DNA of 63,622 bases, the filler included, from Perkinsus chesapeaki ATCC PRA-425 (lineage: Eukaryota > Protista > Perkinsozoa), in the NCBI GenBank assembly GCA_013115145.1. It is 5 parts of 5 records of this genome, joined end to end, with 100 filler letters (N's around TTAATTAATTAA, not from the genome) between each part and the next. Parts side by side here need not be neighbours in the genome. Positions count along the whole stretch, not along the records: positions 1 to 29,636 come from JAAPAO010000453.1; 4 more parts are not named here. The stretch is one strand, 5' to 3'. A program made the position numbers and the translations under genes. Position 1 is the first letter of the stretch. Each line of letters opens with the position of its first letter. The notes below the pieces were generated by a model. It searched no databases and was not told where the DNA came from. It was given only the letters and a program-made list of their open reading frames with translations. Of this stretch, positions 1 to 12,700 are shown in pieces.

Positions 1-1385
1 AGCAAGTCACATCGAGCAGATAACCCAGAATCTCCCCGCCGAGTATCAAGGCGAGTGACATTCTCATCCTCCCTTACTCACTCGAATCAAGATGAATCGC
101 TTGATGCCTTATCTAATCTTCGTTGGGAGAATTTACATGAACTCTAATTGTACCAGTTCTGTTTCATTCCGGAAAGACCTCTTGGTAAGTTTTAAGACTA
201 GAGTTGATTCTCTGGTAAATTTTGGTACTCGCGGTCAACATAAACTATGTAAGTTTCACAATATTCGAGCTGTACTCATGGAATTCAATCTTGACTGTTT
301 CATAGACTTTCCCCATAAAGCTTCTGTGTTGAGTATGTAGTCGAATAAATTCGCCATATCTGCGTCAGGGTTGCGGACCGCAACTTGCGGTTGGCCTCAA
401 GATATGAAGTGACCTCAGAATTGCAAGTTTACCTCAGTTTAGACTCCATAACCTAAAGCTGCCATTGGGTAACTCAGGATTACTGAGTCACATCACATTA
501 GCAGGATCACCTCATACTTACGCTTCCACCTCAGCCTACCTCATTCACCTCAGTTTAACAAATTCACCTCAGTTTAGCCTGTTCCCCCGTACAGCAGTGC
601 TACAGTCTGTAGCATACAGACTGTAATGTCAGTTTTATCGTCGAATTATACTACTAAATTGTTCAAGTTTCGAGTGTAACACTGTTATGGAGAGCACGAG
701 ATATCAATTTGCGCAAAATGTAAGCTCGATTCTTGAATCTCCAGTAGGTTTCGATTAGAAACTCAATTCATTTCCTGAATATCAGCCTTGAATGGTGCAG
801 ATCGTAAATCAAGGAGATCAGCGAGAATTTTTTTCAAAATAGCGTAGGTAGTGGGTGCACCAGTGTGGCAGGCCCACCGATCAACTGAGTCGTCGGTATG
901 TAGGTACCTTAAGGACAGGGCATGATACCTTGCTTAGCAAGTAGACTGTCGAGGCCCTTCAATTGGCCGATGGGGCACTAGCATACTGCGCCGCGCAGTG
1001 CGATACAACCTCCTACAAGTTTTTCCAATTTTATTACACATCCTAGAACACACAGGAAACTGCAAGGGCCTGGACATGCCCGGTGACGCCCCGTATCTAC
1101 AGTAGGTGTCCCGCTGTCTCCGGTTATTCAGCCCTCACTCTTTTAATCTCATTTGCTTTCCAAGCCTGATGCCAAAGCGTACCATCTTCATTATAGTAAG
1201 TGTGGTGCTTTGTATTAGAATCGTACATTGTTAAAACTAGAGTCATCATCGTCACCATCTGACTGGTAAACGTGGAGGCGCCACCGTGGCGCTTCCTACG
1301 GGCATTAGCTAAAGACGTCACCCGCGCTAATCGGCTTATCGCTCGCCGCCATCAGAACCCTCTTAGTTGTTGGAATAATATTTTG

Positions 1386-3300
1386 ATGGCTGCTAACTCT
1401 GTGAAGGCTGATATCGGAGATGGTAAAAAAAGGCTCTTCCGTGACATTTCTGCTTCACAGTCGGGCGTGTAAGTTACTTTTGGGTTATTGAATTGGCGTC
1501 TTGAGTATCTTTTCTTTAGTGTTTCGAGCTTGGAGTGGACTCACCTCACCCTTTTTATTGGTGATAAAGAGATCCTCAATGACTGCTCCGGTATGATTAG
1601 TCCGGGCCAGCTCACCGCGGTCCTCGGCCCCTCTGGTTCTGGCAAGTCCACTCTCATGAACGTCCTCGGTGGTAGGCAGAGCTTGAAAGGCCCAGGCAAA
1701 AGCTTTGAAGGGGACGTGTCGTTCGATGGGAAGGTCGAGGACCCTGTCGAGTTCCGCAGTCGTATTGCTTATGTTATGCAAGATGATACTCTTGTTGCCA
1801 CCAGCACCCCTAAAGAGATTCTAGAGTTCTCAGCTAACCTGAGGCTGATCGGTGCTACCAAAGAAGAGGTAGAGGGGATTCTATGTTGCTTCATTTTCAC
1901 TACTTTGTTTTTCGCCTCAGGTGAATGTCTTGGTTAATAACTTGCTGGAATCTTTGCGTTTGACGAATTGTAAAGATACTGTTGTAGGAAATGATACTAT
2001 TAAAGGGATATCTGGTGGTGAAAGGAAGAGAACCTCGGTTGGTGTCGAGCTCATCACAAAGCCAGAGATGATATTCTTGGATGAGCCCCTCACTGGTCTT
2101 GATTCCTATGCCGCTACTACTACTGTTAGAGTCCTCAAAGATCTCGCTAACAGTGGTGTCCCTGTTATGGTTACGGTTCACCAACCTTCCAGTGAAATAT
2201 TTGCTATGTTTGATAATATATTGCTCATATCTGAAGGCTCCATAGTTTACCATGGCCCTCGGAAGGACCTTACAGACTTCTTTTACGCTAACGGTGGTTA
2301 TAAATGCCCAAGCAACTATAACCCCGCTGACTTTGTACTTTACACGCTGCAAACAGAGCCCCGGGAGAATGTCCTTGCTCTGGCCGATGCTTACAAGCGT
2401 GATTTCGAGGAGTTCGTTGCACCGATGATCGAAGAGGTTCGTTCAAAGGCTATCCATATTCCCGAAATACGTTCCAAAGCACGTGTTGCTCCTATGTGGG
2501 TCCAACTTAGAGAGCTGATGAAGAGAGATTTCAGAGACATTGTCAGAAATCCTTCGGTTCAAATTATCAAGTTTGTTATGACAATCGTCATGGCACTTAT
2601 AATGGGTTGCGTGTTCTTCGATGTCGGCAAGGATGAGCCTGAGACTTATTGGCTTGCCAACCGTATGAACTTCCAGTCCTACTACGGCGCTATTGTCGTC
2701 TGTTGTATCGGTGCTCTGTTGGGATCAGCTCAGACGACTACCTTGAGGTATCCAAAACAGAGGGCTATCTTCGTTAGAGAATACGCTAGTAATATCTATT
2801 CGGCTATTCCGTATGTCATGTCACAGACAATATGGGAGGTCCCTATGGCATTCATCGAGAGCATCATCCAGATCCTCATTTATTACTTCATGATGAACTT
2901 TCAAGGACGTTGGATCTTATGGGTTCTCAGTAACCTTCTCATCAACTTGGTTTCGGCGTCAGTAGCCCAGCTCCTCGGTGCCATGGCCAACTCGATCGAC
3001 CAAGCGATGCAGATGGTTCCTCTGTTGTTCGTGCCACAGATGATATTCTCAGGTCTCTTCACCCCCATAAGTCAGATCCCAGTATGGCTCCGCTGGTTGC
3101 AGTATCTCAGTTTCCTCAAATACACTGCCGGCTTAGCCTACTTCAATGAGTTTGGCTTTGATATGGACATCTTGAATGAGGCTAATGACATCCATCCTGA
3201 CCTTCTGGGTTTGTACATTGGTGTTCTTCTAGCGATGCTTGTCGTCTTCCGTGTGCTTGCTATTGTAGTCCTGAGACGCAAGGCAAAGTTCGTCTACTGA
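1386..3300 (+). CDS. ABCG (White-like) half transporter 1; model join(1386..1468,1520..1868,1921..3300)
   Basis: Walker A GPSGSGKS, Q-loop YVMQDD, signature ISGGERKR, Walker B IFLDE and H-loop VHQP, followed by a multi-TM domain. Two GT-AG introns join the ORFs in frame. Confidence 0.95.
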
Positions 3301-3562
3301 AAAAGTTCAACAAGTGGTGATCTGTAGCTTTGTCTCAAATCTCCGCATATGTGGTGCACTACCTCATCCTGTTGACCTTACTGATCCATATCTTATGCTA
3401 TATGAATCTGTCGTTCGAGGTCACAGCCTTGATTGGGAGCACTCCTTTGTAGTTCACCTCAAGACATTGTTTGTCTAGCATCATTACCCTTAAAGGCAGT
3501 TCCTGTTGATTTGATTGTTTGTCCCACTTTATTGGTAGCAGTTATTATCATTTGACCTGACT

Positions 3563-5513
3563 ATGAGTTTGCGAACATCAACTGCTGGTTCCAGCGGTAT
3601 AAACCCGCCAGTTGTTCACGGTCTTCATCACTTTCGTACAATCTCATCCGTCAATTCCAAGTAAGCCTGTCGAAAGTGTCATTGCTGAATTATTCAGCCT
3701 GAATACATTACCCTTCTCAGAGGCGCCAGCCTAGAATGGACGGACGTTACGTTTGCCATAAAAGGAAAGAAGATCCTCAATGGCTGTACTGGTATACTCA
3801 GGCCAGGCGAGCTGACTGCTGTTCTTGGTCCCTCCGGCTCTGGGAAGTCAACACTGATGAACGTGTTGGGTGGACGGCAGAGGCTTCGAGGTGAAGGGAA
3901 GACCTTCAGTGGAGAAATCTCCTTTGATGGGAAAGTCCAAGATCCCATCAACTTCCGTAGTCACATCGCGTATGTTATGCAAGATGATAATCTAACTGCG
4001 ACTGCCACACCAAAGGAGATCCTTCGCATGTCGGCTCACCTACGGATGCACAACAAGTCCGAGAAAGAGGTGAGTTGTGGTTACTACATAGCGAATTACG
4101 TATAGATTTATGAACATTGTTTCTCTATTGCAGATTAGAGCCTTAGTTAACGACCTCTTGGACTCACTGAAGCTAAAAACATGCCAGGACACAGTTGTCG
4201 GCAACGGTGTCATCAAGGGAATTTCCGGTGGTGAAAGAAAGCGTGCATCCGTAGGAATGGAGCTCATTTCCAAGCCCCAGATGATATTCCTCGACGAGCC
4301 TCTCTCCGGTCTGGATTCTTATGCCGCAGTAACTACTATGAAAGTCTTGAAGGATCTGGCTAGGAGTGGCGTTGCTGTCATGGTTACTGTCCATCAGCCG
4401 TCCAGTGAGATTTTCTCAATGTTCGACAACATTCTGGTTATCTCTAACGGGCTTGTAGTCTATCAGGGACCGAGCCAAAACCTCGGCGCCTTCTTCGAGG
4501 AAAATGCGTCGATGAAGTGCCCTGCTGATTACAACCCGGCCGATTTCGTGTTATCGGAGCTCCAAACGGCACCTCAGGATGACATTGAGAATCTCGCTCG
4601 TGTTTACAACCAACAAGCCGAGGAGAACATTGCTCCTCAGATAGAAGCTTCCCGTGCCAAAGGCGCCAAGGACACTTCGCTGAAGCCCAAGTCGAGGCCT
4701 GCTGGTTTCACTACGCAACTCAAGGAACTTTTCCTCAGGGATTTCCGTGATGCTATCCGCAACAAGCCCGTGCTAATCGCCCGTTACTGCGTGCTCATTG
4801 TATTGAATCTGCTCTTTGGGTGTGTATTCTTTCGTGTTGGTTCAAGCCAAAGTGAACAGTATTGGTTAACTATGGCAGATGAGTTCATCCCTTACTATGG
4901 TGGTATGGTTACTGTTTGTATCAATGCTATGACAGGATCGGCACAAGGCGCTATTCTCGGTTACCCTGCGCAACGTGGTATATTCCTCAGAGAATATGCC
5001 AGTAACATGTACTCAACAATCCCTTATATGTTATCCAAGATGATGGTCGAATTCCCATTATCCTTCATCGACTCTCTTGCACAAGTCCTGATAACCTACT
5101 TCATGATGAACTTCCAAGGTAACTTCTTCTATTGGGTATTAACTGCATGGGTACTCAACGTATCTTCTGTGTCATTAGCTCAATTAATGGGAGCTGCTGT
5201 GAACTCTGGTTCGCAGGCTATCCAGTTGATGCCCATACTCGTTGTACCACAGATGGTGTTCTCTGGTCTGTTCACTAGCCTAAGTAACATTCCTGTATGG
5301 CTACGTTGGTTCCAGTATCTTTGTGCTCTGAAGTACGGTGTCAATCTAGCCTACTTCAACGAGTTCGGTTTCAACTATACTCAGCTGGGTGGCATCGATG
5401 ATGCCAAGGCCAATCTTGTTGGCCTTGATATTGGTGTATTGCTAGCTCTGATCATTGTACTCCGGGCTGCTACCAACATCATTCTCAAGAGGAAAGCTAG
5501 ATACGTTTTCTAA
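3563..5513 (+). CDS. ABCG half transporter 2, tandem paralog; model join(3563..3660,3721..4069,4134..5513)
   Basis: Same NBD motifs (GPSGSGKS, ISGGERKR, IFLDE, VHQP) and TM domain. Introns fall at the same positions and phases as in paralog 1. Confidence 0.95.
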
Positions 5514-5878
5514 CTCAGTTTCATGATGCAAGGAACTCTAAGTTTCCCTAAGATGAATTGAGTTCGTTCGCGTCGTGAACTCCACGACGAACGATCGCCT
5601 TATGAGCCGATGAGTCATCATACGTTTTGTTGTATAGATATCAGTTTTCCACGGATTATGACTTGCCGAGGTCAATCTCCCAGGGGTTTATGATAGACCG
5701 TTTACCGATGGTGAAGCCGGCATGCAGGGCGATAAAACTTGTGTGCTCGGGGCGCAGCGGCGCTAGTTTCAGTGGAGCACTGCCAGGGGACTGGCTGCTT
5801 TCCAGGAGCAGCAGCACTGCGTTCGCTAGGTTCGCTACTCAACATAACTCGCGCCCTTGAAGGCGTTGTGATTTCCTA

Positions 5879-5953
5879 CCGCAGCCAACGGACTACGGCT
5901 CCGCGATACGTGTGAGCTTCAGCGTCTGAAGCTGCAGCTTCCGTTGGCTGCGG
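5879..5953. repeat. Nested inverted repeat (14-bp arms with an inner 8-bp hairpin)
   Basis: ccgcagccaacgga (5879-5892) pairs with tccgttggctgcgg (5940-5953). Inner hairpin is agcttcag-cgt-ctgaagct. Confidence 0.85.
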
Positions 5954-7969
5954 CTGAAGTTCGGCCTCCGTTAGCCTGTCAGACAGGCCCTGTCAGTTTT
6001 CTATGTTTCATCTATGACCGCCGTGGACTAGGGCGGCCCTAGTAGGGCCCGTAGTATGGGACATACTGTATGGCACCTCATCAGCCCTGTCAGTGTACGT
6101 GGGCTTACTTGAATTCCCTCTCAGGAAACGAGACCTCTGGTGAGCGTGACTTGTTCCGGGATCTGCGAAACAGGTGTGGCTGGGCAAACAGCCGACTCGG
6201 CTAAGTCGAGTGCGTGAGGTGTGGCGGAATGTGCTGCCGAGCGTGACAGGTCTGGGCAAGCGCGTCCTAAGTTTTGGGAATCTGATTGCCGGCCCCGTTC
6301 TCTGCGGTCGGCACACTGTGTTTCTTGCTCGCAGGCCCCAAGCGGTTGCCGTCCTAACTACCGATCCCCGAAGCCGGAGGTATAGACACATATTAGCAAT
6401 ACGTTGTCAGTAACATATAGTTTCCATAAACGTTACGAGTATCTCTACACTTACTTTCATATACTTGGCTTCTGGCTCGCTTAAATGTTTTGCTTCACGA
6501 TGTGCCCCGAATAATTCGAGGCACGTATTTTGAGGCAATTAATTCAAGTTGAATTAATTACTCAGAGCTCTATGTAATTTGCTCAAAATGCTGACAAGAG
6601 ATGAGTGCCGCTGGTGGGAAGGCTAGACGATTGAGAAAGAGACAGATCCACAGGGAAAAGAAATTCGATCATCGAATATCCTAGCTAGTGGTGAGCCACC
6701 ACTGGTGACTAGGAAAAAGTCACCACGAAAGTTTCCCTTTCAAACTTCTACTAGTGGGAATTCTTTGTGGAATACACGTCAGTATTACGGATCTTTGCTT
6801 CCCAGGGCCTTCCAAATTTGTCTAGTATTTGAAGTTCAAATACTAGAGAAGACCAGAATCGATGACTCTGATGATGTGACCTAACTATTGGGCCCCAATA
6901 TACAAGATCGCTGTTATAGGATATCAACCGGATTTCGATGCCAGATTCCCCAGCTCTCCCCAATCGTGAGAATAGACCCCAACGTTGACACATGGCGCTA
7001 AGAGACATAAAGGCCCTCTTACTGGCGAGATGATAAACTTTATCAGATAAAGTGTTCCCCGTTCAATGTTTATACCGACACAAGGGCTAGCCACAAGAAT
7101 GGACGCGCTCACACCGATTTCACCATAGGCTGTGACAACATTCTGGGGGGCAGCAGTGATACCTAGTTTAGCATAGATAGTCACATTAATGTGATGGAAT
7201 GATTGTGGAGCTTGCTACGTTTGGTAAGTTGTAACACGAATGAGAATCAGCTGCAAGTCTGTCCTTCTCGGTATCGAACGCAGCCACTCCTCGATTTTAT
7301 AAGCAATACGCGACCTGGCTCCTCTACCTTGCTTCCAATGGCAGCCTATTATGTAGCAGTTCCAATGTCAGCAACGACATCTAGGCTCAGAGATTGTCTA
7401 CGACAGAAGCTATACATGTGAGATTGGGTGGACAATAGGCTATTTAGACCTACAGACCGCCCTCGGCGGCAGTTGTACCCCTTTGGTAGTTAGCTAGTTA
7501 CTTAGTTGCCGAGAGTGGAGCGAATTGCGTTGCAGCTCGACAGAATGGGGGAGTCAGCGAGGAACAAGCGAGAAAATATACTGTGAGCGATGACTCCGAG
7601 CGTTACTTATACTTTTTTGAAGACAGCTTCTTCCAGTTGAACAGGCTGCGCCGAGAGAGTATGGGTTCGAGGCGGACCTCGATACTGTAGAGCTACACAT
7701 AGAATTAAGCCTTATTCGGCGTTGCATTATAAAACGTGCTGCATGCTACATGTATTCCACGAGACCGCCACTCTATCCTTGCCAGCTTGCCTTGCTCGAG
7801 TTCCTACTTATATTCGTTAAGCAGTATAGAGGTGAGATTCGCATGAACATAACCAAGTAGAGCAACTGTTCTCCTTGAAAATTGCCTATAGTGTAGGATA
7901 TCTTACCTGAGCGATTTCCTGGTAGATCGTATCAACTCAAATGCTGTTATACCAGAAACGCATTTACCT

Positions 7970-9624
7970 TCACATTACATGGGAATAGTTTCGAATAAGC
8001 AAGTCGCAGGTCCATAAAGCATTGGCAGATGCCTCTCGTTGGAAATTAGCCCTCTTATCAGTTGCAGACAACAAGGCGCTGACCGTACTAGTGACCTCCT
8101 CCTGAACAACTGACAGTCGTAAAGGGTCTAGGCCATCACCAGACCGAGCGATCCCCGTTGATTCATCCCAAAGCCAGGTGAAAGCCCTCAACCGTTCCAA
8201 GGAGAGATCCCCGGGGATGTCGACGACTTGCATTGCCACTGCCAGCTGAGGAGCAAATGTGGGCTTCGCAAAGACGCGAGGTGCCACCGCCCTTTCGAGG
8301 ATGTCAACCATGATCCCAATCCCAGCCTTCCAACCAAGGGTGCACAGAGCATATACAAGACAGACGAGTGAGTGCTGATCAGCGATAGGAATATTCAATT
8401 GTGCGAGCGAGAGGAGATTCTCCCGATCGGAGTCACTAATGGCCGTGACCAAGTCTAATCGCGACAGAGCAAGCATAGCCCTCGAAAGAGATGGTGGATC
8501 AAGTTTGCTACACCTCATGAGGTTGGTGAGAAGGACTCCACAGACGACATGCGAATCTCTGTTGAGGGCCTTAGCATAGGCGCCCATTAGTAAAGATAGA
8601 TTCTGCGCAGATCTGAGCTTATCTCGAGGCATGCTTCTCAGTCTCCGCGATACCTCCATCAATATCGAATTGTCCGGCACACCAGATGACACGAAGAACT
8701 TCGCCACACTGGCTAGTTCAGAGATCTCCATACGATCAACCTTGGGGGCGATGAAATAGCTCAAGCGTTTAATTATTTCATCATCGGGGATAAAGTTAGC
8801 TTTATCGAAGGAATGCACGATCATCACCAACTCTGAAACCTGCATGTTCTGCAGTGCCTCATTTGTAGTAAGCCGAGGGGCTGCGTAGTGGAATATACTT
8901 CTTATAGTGCCATGGCTAGGAGGGTAGAGTCGGGACAACGCATAGACCAATAGGCAAAGCTCATGCAGATTCATCTCAGATGCCGGATTACCAGGGCCAT
9001 CTGATCTAAGGAGAGGCTCTATGCAATGATTCTCGAGTGCTACAATGGCAGCGGAGGATGAGCTGATCTTCAACTTGGCGCACGCGTGCAATATCTGACT
9101 ACGGCATTCAGAAGGCACCCACACTCCCACAGACCTACGTTAGCAAATCCTTGTGGCGTGAGATCCCGAGCAACCCTTGGCAGCGCCTTACATACTAGCT
9201 TCTCAACCAACGCTAAGATATCATCTGGCACTCCGTTCAGAGGACTGTGGTTCTCATCTGCTAAGACTCTTGCTATAGCATTGAGAGCAAGGGATAGATC
9301 TTGTCCCCCTAGATGGTCCGCTCGTTTCACCAGAGCTACTAAGGAGGAGCTCGTCCACCTACTAGAGCCATCTACCCCTACCCGAGCCAAGGCATTCATG
9401 GCCAACGTGGTCTGGCGGGCTGGCATCCGATCGGCATGCTTACAAAGCCAATTACCGGCGCCTTTCTCCCACTCCACAGGTGGAGGTCGCTTGGCCGCCT
9501 TAGAGGCTCTATTCAGGGCCACAGTGAGATAGACATACTCAGACTGTGTAAGCAAGGAAGAGGAGGTGGACGAGATGATATATAGTAGCTTATCAGGATT
9601 GATTCCTCGGAGCTCTGGGATCAT
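7970..9624 (-). CDS. Helical-repeat (RAP/FASTK/HPR-like) protein, probably an organellar RNA-binding protein
   Basis: Two ORFs are joined by a 44-nt GT-AG intron (9095-9138), giving TPQGFAN|ILHACAKL. Recurrent motifs include QDLSLALNAIARV, HELCLLVYALSRL, QNLSLLMGAYAK and PSLSRAMLALSRL. Termini are uncertain. Confidence 0.65.
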
Positions 9625-9789
9625 AACGAGGAAACCCTGAAGACGGTGCTCCCGGCGAGGGCGCTCATTACCGAGTGACGCTTAATCCAGTTACAAATCA
9701 ACAAGAAGAAAACTGGATTGTTAGGAAACAAACGTGTGCAAGAAACGGATCAGAGGAAATGGGGGGACAGTTACTGTAGTGTTCAACGT

Positions 9790-12700
9790 TCACCTTTTCT
9801 CTTTCTTGCTGCTACTGCTCTTAGTACTCTTGTGCTTGTGGTGGTGATGATGATGACCCTTGGCTTCCTCGTCCTCCTCGTAAACCTGAAGTGTCACAAA
9901 GAAGAGCTCGACTAGTAGCGAATCAACCATACAGTGGATGCTCTACTGTGGAAACTGACTAGCTTAGTGATACAAGACGAGATACGTAAGAAGATGGCAG
10001 TGCGGTAGGTTGGTGTCAGTTGCCTTCGTTAAGAATAACAAGCTCTTTCCATTTCCTTACCGCTTGCTCTTCCTCCATATCCTTAAGTTCCTGTAAAACG
10101 TCCTTCACCTCCTCGTATCGTTCCTCAGCCAAGGAGAAGGCCAACCTGAACCACACAACACCCTGAGCCAAAATCGGTAAAACCGCCGAAGTAAGCGTCG
10201 ACCTCAAACAGTGTCGAGTTCATAACGATAGAGTGGAGGGGATCGACGGTAAGTCTCGCCATCTCGGCCAACAGTAGTTCACCTTCTAACTTCCTTCCGA
10301 TCCATTATAGCACGCCTTATCTCAGCGTTGTCCATCTGGCCAGCCTTCTTAGCCTCTTCTATCATTTTAGCCTCTTGCTTTTCAGCCCAATGGTCCATAG
10401 TACTGCACCCCACGACACAATAGTGTCCATCGGCGACTCGGACAGCGTCCTACCGTTTGGCAAAGTCCCGAAGAGTCTCGTCCAGTAAAGGGGTGTAGTC
10501 CTCCTTAAGGTCCCACGTCACGCGTATCTCCTCCATCCTCTCGCGCAGCTTGGCCGATTTACGCGAGGCCTGAGCACAGCATCAGTCTAAAACATGAAAC
10601 CTAGTGGCTCGAATAACCATCAATGAGCTGGTGCCTCACAGTTAACCTCGAAAGTATCTTTAGACGTACTTTCTTCTTCCTCTCTTCTGCCTTAAGATCC
10701 ACCTCATCTTCCTCCTCTTCATCACTGTCATCCTCCGAGCTACTAGTATCATCTTCCTCCTCATCGTCAAAGTCCTCCCCTTCAGACAGTTCGTCATCCG
10801 ACCCTACAAATCGCATAACGCTCTCGCCCCTAAGCTCGCCACCTACCCATCCACTTCTGCTCCGCCATGGTGCCCGCAAGAACACATGTCCACTTATCCC
10901 TCTGCCTCAAATCCAATGACCAGCAGTCATCGAAGGTAACCTCGCGGTCGCCGTACTAAAATTGGCCCGTATCTTAAGTATCGACTACGCAGCTACCTTA
11001 CCTCCCTGAGTCCTCCATACACTAAAAGGGTGTGCCCCTTCACGAGGAGGGCAGAGTTGATACGCTCAACCGGCAAGTCGATGTTACCAGACTTCAGAGC
11101 CTCCGCAGCTGTCATCTTACCGATGCCTGTCGCTCCTGTCTCGACCACTCCTTTACTCTCATTTTCTACACAAACACATACGCAGGTTTCACTGCAGTGG
11201 GCGTACCGTCATCTTCAACGAGATTCGGGCAAGGCTCTTCCTCGTTGATAGCACCAAGCTTGGATTCCTCCTCAGCACTTCGTCGCGCCCGTAGCACTTC
11301 CGGGGTAGCAATGGGCTCCTCCGCAGTTGTCCTAATAACATAAAGGAAGTCCTGGAGGAACACATCTCAAGCAACACGTCTTCTACCGAACTCATACTAG
11401 ATCTCGTACTAGGAATTTTATCGACCTTCGGAAGCCATTTCCACGTGCATCCATTATCACATAAAAGAGCTTACCACGCTCACCAAGCTAACTGCCCCAC
11501 GAGCCTTAGAAATAATGAAAGTACTTACCGCGCATCAGAACCATCTTGATGATCCTCGTCGCTCTCCTCGGAGGAAGTGCGGTCCTCCTCTGGTATTATC
11601 ATGGTCACTAGCTCACCGTTCTCATCAACGTATTCAAATTGCCACTCGAACTTCGCTTTCTCGTCCTCCTCCTCAGCAGTCACACTCTCACTCGGATCCT
11701 GAACACCATAGATTTCGCACACCTGCCCTGCTACAGCAGAAAGGCCAATGAATCCAATACTTCAGCCGCGTGATTACCGTCCTTACCGAAACGGAAGCTG
11801 CAAAGGTAGAAGTGTTAGCCTTGCTAGATTTGCCTTCTCCATTCCTCCGACTCTTCTTTTGTGGTTTCTTCTGCCCGATCTTGTAGTCCAATACGTACCA
11901 CCTGACAACCGCCGTTTCACACTGTGCGTTCGAGAGCCTGTGTCCATCCGCCAGCCCCCCCTGATCACAGTGGTGTCGCACTGCTAAAGTCGGCATAAGT
12001 CCATGGCCACTATTCAGTCACAATCCAAGCTTGCCAATATCAAGGAGCTGGATAGTATCGTGTTCACACTGCAGGACCCACGGCGGCAGGCACTCCCGTA
12101 GGTTGAAGCGAATATGTGGCGCGTAGTTTTTAGAGCCGCTGGGATTTTCATCTTCTGCGACAAGAAGCCCTCCTCGGAAGGACTGCCAGAATTTAGTCAC
12201 AGAATCCGAGGAAGCCGAGCGAAGCTTTGTTTTCGCTTCCTCATTGCGATAAGACCGCCGGAAATAAGCGGTTGGCAGCATCGCCATTCCCTCACCTTTT
12301 CTTTTCCATATCAAACGCATGAAGATCATTATAAAACCGGCTCTCCAGAGTAAGCCCCGGCTTGTCCTCGTCAGTAACACCACCGAAGACTAGACAACGG
12401 TTCTTGTATACAGCACAAGCCATGCCACTACGCTTAGAAGGTGACGGACCTGCCGAACAAGATGTCACCGTGTTAACACACAAAAACACAGTTTTATAAC
12501 ACTGATAATACATCCTGTCATATTGTAGACACCCTCATACAAAGAATAATAACTACAAGAAGCGAAAAGGCGGAGGTTGGTGATGCAGCAAATAACAATA
12601 CTTTGAAAGCGTTGTATTCTCCTACCCACTACGACGCGTACCATACCAACTCCCTCGCAATGTTATGACGTTAATAGTGCAATGTTAATCGCTATGTATA

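Noticed and set aside
1485-2352. Antisense and alternative-frame ORFs over ABCG (likewise over subtilisin, POT, mucin and integrase)
   Set aside because: They are shadows of well-supported genes on another strand or frame.
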